Positions 55,571-60,198 of a DNA stretch of 60,198 bases are shown one piece after another (within the stretch, counting starts at the first letter, position 1; every line of letters starts with the position of its first letter). The position numbers and the translations under genes are program-made. The stretch is from assembly GCA_018175315.1 (NCBI GenBank), contig GCA_018175315.1_4769.1; one strand, written 5' to 3'. This DNA comes from a phage. The notes under the pieces were generated by a model, which had not been told where the DNA came from, searched no databases, and worked only from the letters and a program-made list of their open reading frames with translations.

Positions 55571-55981
55571 ATGTTCGACGCAGATAAAGCAGTACAAGCA
55601 ACAGAAGCAGATGTAATCGAGTGGTATAAAACTAAAGCGGAATTGCAGAAACTGCAAGATCGTGAGCGAGCACTCCGTGATAAGATTATTAAGTCCTATT
55701 TCCCTGCTCCATCGGAAGGGACTAATAAAGTTGAAATTACTGGCGGGGTTATGAAAATGACTCACAAGATTGATCGCAAGATTGATCTTCCAAGCCTTAA
55801 CGGAATCCTGGGCGATCTGATTAAAGTTGGTGTTAACGTTGATCAGCTTGTGGAAAATAAACCTGTGTTGAAAGTTGCGGCTTGGCGTAAACTTACAGCG
55901 GAGCAAGCCGCAGTCTTTAACCAGTGCGTTGAATCGAAAGTTGGTTCCGCGTCTCTGGAAATTGTGCCGAATAAAGCCTAA
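55571..55981 (+). CDS. hypothetical protein
   Basis: AGAGGA RBS before ATG 55571; 136 aa. Confidence 0.5.
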   Translation: MFDADKAVQATEADVIEWYKTKAELQKLQDRERALRDKIIKSYFPAPSEGTNKVEITGGVMKMTHKIDRKIDLPSLNGILGDLIKVGVNVDQLVENKPVLKVAAWRKLTAEQAAVFNQCVESKVGSASLEIVPNKA

Positions 55982-56022
55982 CCACATTAACGGGCGGTCG
56001 ATCCGCCCAAGAGGAAACTAAA

Positions 56023-56814
56023 ATGCGTAAAGAATTTCAGAAAGCTTATCATGCTCTGTTAAAAGGCGTTGTAACTGTCAAAGTTAAGTTTGAAGCAGGT
56101 GGTCGCCTTTATACCTACCGTGCTCTGGAAAGTGACGAATTGCAGCCGGGCGATACAGTTGTTATTCAATATAACGGCAAGTTCTTTACTACGGAAGTAG
56201 TAGAAGTAGATCAGTATCCGGACTTCAGCAAGGATGTTGAATATAAATGGATTGTGTGCAAAGTAGACGAAGAGCGCTATGCTCACTTCCTGGAACAGGA
56301 ACACATGTTCGAACAACAGATGTTGGCTTTGTCCGCAAACAAAGAAGCAGAAGCAACCAAGAAAGAACTGATCGAGTTGTACGGTGAAGAAAACGTCGGT
56401 TATTTGGCAGGCATTGCCCAGGGCAAAGTGACGGTTCCAACATTGAATGATGTTATTGAAACTATGCTACACAACTTTGCGGATGGTGCAGATCTTAACG
56501 GTAGTGTTGTTGAGTTTAAAACCGGACCTTATAATGGTGAATCTGTACAACGTCAGAAAGATCTGTATGTACAGGTGCTTGGTCGCGGTTTGCGCAAGAT
56601 GGAAGGTCCGCGTGTGGACTGGGAAAGTCGTTACAATAAACACATTGCAAACATGCATACTTTGAACGGTTTCACGTGGCGTGATTTTATGGCTCCTGGC
56701 GCAAATAAGGAGAATAAAGAAGACGTAACCGCAGCTAAAATCTTGTTTGATCGTTTCAAGCGTAAGCAGTATCCGATTGAGCAATATATCGAAGAGTTCA
56801 AAAACAAACTGTAA
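56023..56814 (+). CDS. hypothetical protein
   Basis: 263-aa ORF between dUTPase and RNase H. Confidence 0.5.
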   Translation: MRKEFQKAYHALLKGVVTVKVKFEAGGRLYTYRALESDELQPGDTVVIQYNGKFFTTEVVEVDQYPDFSKDVEYKWIVCKVDEERYAHFLEQEHMFEQQMLALSANKEAEATKKELIELYGEENVGYLAGIAQGKVTVPTLNDVIETMLHNFADGADLNGSVVEFKTGPYNGESVQRQKDLYVQVLGRGLRKMEGPRVDWESRYNKHIANMHTLNGFTWRDFMAPGANKENKEDVTAAKILFDRFKRKQYPIEQYIEEFKNKL

Positions 56815-56857
56815 TAAACTAAAGGGGTCAGTAGACACCTTTTTAACAGGAGTCATT

Positions 56858-57511
56858 ATGCGAGTAACAATTATATCCGATGCAAGTTTTTGTCCAAATA
56901 CAAAAGCCGCGGGATACGGTGGCTGGGTAGTGTGTAACCGTGGAAATAATGCTAACGGTGGACCGTTACGTGGAGCTCCTGATAATAATGCAGCTGAAAC
57001 AATGGCAATCTGTAATGTTATTTGGGAGGGAATGAAGGCTAAATTAATCCATCCAGGCGATCATTTAATTGTGCAAACAGATTGTTCAACAGCTATTAAA
57101 GTGTATAAAGAAGCAAGCTGGAAAAGTGAACAGGAAGGTGTAGCTTTCAAATGGTTGAACGATCAATTGCGTAAATATAATCTAACTATTGAGTTCCGCC
57201 ACGTTAAAGGTCATACAAGTACGCAAGACCAACGTAGTAAAGCACAAAGATTCTGCGATGAACGTGCGCGTTCTGCTATGCGATTGGAAAGAAGCAAAAT
57301 CCGTTTGAAGGAATGCAAAGAGCTTATTTCCGAAGCAAAGAAAAAGGAAAATAGACCTAAAAAGGGTAGCGGGCATTTACGTCGCAATACTCGTATGAAA
57401 GAGAAAGCTCAAAAAGCTGCAACCGTTTGGCGGCGTTCTATGGGTAAAGGTATGGGCGTAAATTCAATTACAACTCGCTCAGACTGGTCAGACTTTGACT
57501 ATGAAATGTAA
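56858..57511 (+). CDS. ribonuclease H (RNase H1-like)
   Basis: AGGAG RBS before ATG 56858; RNase H-like Asp/Glu/His pattern (ISDASF...AETMAI...VQTDCSTAI...KGHTSTQDQ); basic C-terminal tail. Confidence 0.7.
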   Translation: MRVTIISDASFCPNTKAAGYGGWVVCNRGNNANGGPLRGAPDNNAAETMAICNVIWEGMKAKLIHPGDHLIVQTDCSTAIKVYKEASWKSEQEGVAFKWLNDQLRKYNLTIEFRHVKGHTSTQDQRSKAQRFCDERARSAMRLERSKIRLKECKELISEAKKKENRPKKGSGHLRRNTRMKEKAQKAATVWRRSMGKGMGVNSITTRSDWSDFDYEM

Positions 57512-57520
57512 GGAGGGTAT

Positions 57521-58435
57521 ATGGCATTCAAGCCACATTTAGCGACTGACGCGGTTGAAGAAAAGATTAAGTTTCCGTGCTGTATACTGCCTAAAATCGA
57601 CGGTGTACGCGGTTTAAATCCAGACGGGCAGATAGTAGGGCGAAGCTTAAAGCTGTTTAAAAACCGCCATACAAGCGCAATTTTCAGCGGTCCCCAGTAC
57701 ATGGGCTATGACGGTGAACTTGCAGCAGGGTTGGAAACAGATCCAGACCTGTGTCGTAAAACAACCAGTGCGGTAAATACAATTGAAGGTAAACCGTTCC
57801 TGAAATGGCACATCTTTGATCTGTGCGCTGAGAGTGTTGCAGAGCTGGGCTATGAAGCCCGCTACAACATGATGAAAGATTTTATAACCACACAGCACGC
57901 GAAAGGTGAATTGCTCGACTTGCAAGTTGTGCCAATGTATGTGGTTAAGTCTTTAGAAGAGTTGCTCTACTGGGAAAACATCTGGCTTGATATGGGTTAT
58001 GAAGGTATTATTATCCGTGATCCTGACAAGCCTTATAAACATGGGCGCGGCACAGTTCGTGAAGGTGGATATCTTCGTATTAAACGCTTTATTCAGGAAG
58101 ACGCTATTGTCCTTGATATTATTGAGGGCGAAACTAACCTTAATGAAGCTACTGTTAACGAGCTGGGCAGGACTACACGATCTTCGCATCAGGAAAATAA
58201 AGTTCCTAACGGTATGATCGGGACGTTGGTTTGTAAAGACATTAAGACGGGCAATACAATCAACGTTAGTCCTGGTAAACTAACGCAAGAGGATAAGATT
58301 TATTATTGGAATAACCCTGACAAAATTAAAGGTCGGACTATTTCATATAAACACTTCCCTCATGGCGTGAAAGATAAACCGCGTTTTGCAAACTTTATGC
58401 ATTTCCGCGATGAAAGTGATCAGGCTTTAGATTAA
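57521..58435 (+). CDS. ATP-dependent DNA ligase
   Basis: Adenylation motif I KIDGVRG (KxDG); 304 aa like small phage ligases; AAGGAGGG RBS. Confidence 0.8.
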   Translation: MAFKPHLATDAVEEKIKFPCCILPKIDGVRGLNPDGQIVGRSLKLFKNRHTSAIFSGPQYMGYDGELAAGLETDPDLCRKTTSAVNTIEGKPFLKWHIFDLCAESVAELGYEARYNMMKDFITTQHAKGELLDLQVVPMYVVKSLEELLYWENIWLDMGYEGIIIRDPDKPYKHGRGTVREGGYLRIKRFIQEDAIVLDIIEGETNLNEATVNELGRTTRSSHQENKVPNGMIGTLVCKDIKTGNTINVSPGKLTQEDKIYYWNNPDKIKGRTISYKHFPHGVKDKPRFANFMHFRDESDQALD

Positions 58436-58500
58436 AAAGTAATTGAGGGTTCAAAGTATATTACGTTACAATGAGCGCGAACTTAAAAGAGAGGCGTTAA

Positions 58501-59229
58501 ATGGCCATTGAAATTAAAATGTCTTCGCAAGTTGTGCAGGACACAGGTGTTAAAATTCTGGTTTACGGTGAAGCGGGTATGGGTAAAACCAGCCTTGTAG
58601 CCACATTGCCTAAACCAATTTTAATCAGCGCAGAATCCGGTCTGTTGTCTATTGCAGCGGAAAACCTTAACCGTGTTTATGGTAACATGGGTTTGCCCAT
58701 CGTTTACGATATTCCGGTAATTGAAGTGAAATGTCTGGAAGACGTTGAAGCGGCTTATCAGTGGTGCGTAACTCCAGCTAACCAGCAGTATTTCGATTCT
58801 ATTGCGCTTGACAGCTTGAGCGAAATTGCTGAACAATGTTTAAACAACGCGAAAAAGGGAACGAAAGATCCTCGTCAAGCTTATGGTACTTTGCTTGAAA
58901 AGATGCAAGATCTGATCCGTAAATTTCGCGATATTCCTGGCAAACATGTTTATATGTCTGCTAAAATGGGTAAAGACAAAGATGAAGTCTCCGGTGTTAC
59001 CGCGTATGCTCCATCTATGCCTGGATCCAAATTGGGGCAAATGCTCCCTTACTTCTTCGACGAAGTATTTCGTCTGAATGTAAATAAGGATCAGCAAGGT
59101 AACTCGTATCGTTACTTGCAAACTCAACCGGACTTTAATACAATCGCTAAGGATCGTTCGGGACGTTTAGATGCGGTTGAAGTCCCACACTTAGGTTCTG
59201 TTATCAACAAAATGAAAGGTATCAACTAA
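58501..59229 (+). CDS. Sak4-like RecA-fold ATPase (recombination/annealing)
   Basis: Walker A YGEAGMGKTS about 20 aa from N-terminus; 242 aa; followed by SSB-like gene. Confidence 0.55.
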   Translation: MAIEIKMSSQVVQDTGVKILVYGEAGMGKTSLVATLPKPILISAESGLLSIAAENLNRVYGNMGLPIVYDIPVIEVKCLEDVEAAYQWCVTPANQQYFDSIALDSLSEIAEQCLNNAKKGTKDPRQAYGTLLEKMQDLIRKFRDIPGKHVYMSAKMGKDKDEVSGVTAYAPSMPGSKLGQMLPYFFDEVFRLNVNKDQQGNSYRYLQTQPDFNTIAKDRSGRLDAVEVPHLGSVINKMKGIN

Positions 59230-60116
59230 TGACTATGCCAACTAATTTCCACTTTGACGCGAGCAGCTATCAAGCACCTTCTTACGGCGCATTGCCGAAA
59301 GGTTGGTATAAAGCAGTAATTGAAGCATCTGAATTTAAACCGACCAAAAATGGCGGTATGGCGATCCAGGTAACGTTTAGCATCATTGACGGTTTTGCTA
59401 AAGGTCGTAAAATCTTCGCTCGTTACAACGTTATCAACGACAACGAAGACACTGTGCGTATCGCATACGAGCAACTGGGCGCGCTTTCCCATGCGGTTGG
59501 CGTAATTCGCTGGGATACTCCTGCTCAACTGCATAACATTCCGCTGAACCTGCGTCTGAAAGTTCGTTCTCAGGAAGGTTATGAAGACAGCAACGAGCCT
59601 AACGGTTATGCTAACATCAACGATCCGGTTAAGTATGCAGAAAAAGAAGCAGGTACTCCAGCAATGGGTGCTCAAGCGGCAGTAGCTAACCCGTTCGGTG
59701 CAGGTGCGCCAGCACAGCAGCCAGCTTTCCCGGGCGCAGCACCTCAGCAACCAGCAGCTAACCCGTTTGCACAGCAACAGCAAGCGCCTGTACAGCAGCA
59801 AGCTCCGGCGCAGCAGCCGCAAGTTCAGCAGCCTGTGCAGCAGCAACCAGCACCGCAGCAGGGCGCCGCAGCACAACCGTGGCAGAATGCAGCACCGCAA
59901 CCGTGGGATAACCCTGCTCAAAATGCAGCACCGCAGCAGCCAGTTCAACAGGCTCCGGTAGAGCAACCAGCAGCACCGCAACAAGCTGTTCAGCAGCCGT
60001 GGGCGCAGCAGGTAGCACAGCCTGGTCAGGCAGCAGCGCCAGCGCAGCAAGCGCAACCACAGCAGCAAGCTGAACCGCATCCAGCACAATCCGCAGTTCC
60101 GCCGTGGCAGCAGTAA
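59229..60116 (+). CDS. putative ssDNA-binding protein with Q/P/A-rich low-complexity C-terminal half
   Basis: Globular N-terminal approx 150 aa then approx 140 aa of PQQ/AQQ repeats; TAATG coupling with upstream ATPase; function inferred from context. Confidence 0.4.
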   Translation: MTMPTNFHFDASSYQAPSYGALPKGWYKAVIEASEFKPTKNGGMAIQVTFSIIDGFAKGRKIFARYNVINDNEDTVRIAYEQLGALSHAVGVIRWDTPAQLHNIPLNLRLKVRSQEGYEDSNEPNGYANINDPVKYAEKEAGTPAMGAQAAVANPFGAGAPAQQPAFPGAAPQQPAANPFAQQQQAPVQQQAPAQQPQVQQPVQQQPAPQQGAAAQPWQNAAPQPWDNPAQNAAPQQPVQQAPVEQPAAPQQAVQQPWAQQVAQPGQAAAPAQQAQPQQQAEPHPAQSAVPPWQQ

Positions 60117-60141
60117 GATAACCCTCCTTTGTAGCATTCAT

Positions 60142-60168
60142 AAGCCGTCGAAAGACGGCTTATTTTCT
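60142..60168 (+). terminator. rho-independent terminator
   Basis: AAGCCGTC-GAAA-GACGGCTT followed by ATTTTCT. Confidence 0.6.
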
Positions 60169-60198
60169 AAGGTACTCCAATGGCTATTTACATTGCAG

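Noticed and set aside
59226-60141. Long minus-strand ORFs (303 aa and 127 aa) opposite the SSB-like gene
   Set aside because: They are the reverse-complement shadow of the Q/P/A-rich low-complexity repeats (giving Leu/Arg/Cys-rich nonsense), lack an RBS and overlap a strongly supported plus-strand gene.
1-60198. Lysogeny module (integrase, repressor, attP) or toxin-antitoxin pair
   Set aside because: No tyrosine/serine recombinase motifs, no CI/Cro-like divergent pair and no obvious attachment-site repeats were seen; the genome appears strictly lytic.

Overview
This 60.2-kb window reads as an essentially complete genome of a virulent tailed dsDNA phage (siphovirus-type, lambda/T1-like structural module); no integrase, repressor, tRNA or CRISPR array was seen. 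Three blocks: (1) plus strand 1-14.9 kb: Cas4-like Fe-S nuclease, SF2 DEAH helicase, an Ala/Lys-rich protein, a 7-deazaguanine (preQ0-type) DNA-modification operon queE-queC-membrane protein-queD-folE-[HNH]-dpdA, a beta-clamp-like protein and a family-B-type DNA polymerase; (2) minus strand 14.9-44.9 kb (late genes): a separately terminated 5-gene accessory module with Gly-rich, His-rich and Cys-rich proteins, tail fibres, a lambda J-like tip protein, minor tail proteins, tape measure, a G/GT chaperone pair with a -1 frameshift site, major tail, neck, Ig-like decoration, major capsid, scaffold, portal, terminase, spanins/holin/putative endolysin, and an HslV-like plus a C39-like peptidase; (3) plus strand 46.6-60.1 kb: HNH endonucleases, an iteron-rich putative origin, HTH and AP2-type DNA-binding proteins, prim-pol primase, PD-(D/E)XK nuclease, dUTPase, RNase H, ATP-dependent ligase, Sak4-like ATPase and a Q/P-rich SSB-like protein. 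The window ends join in frame, suggesting a circularly permuted assembly. All calls rest on motif reading and gene context by eye; no database search was run. The gene content resembles the 7-deazaguanine-modifying E. coli siphoviruses (Queuovirinae-like), but that is from memory, not a search.
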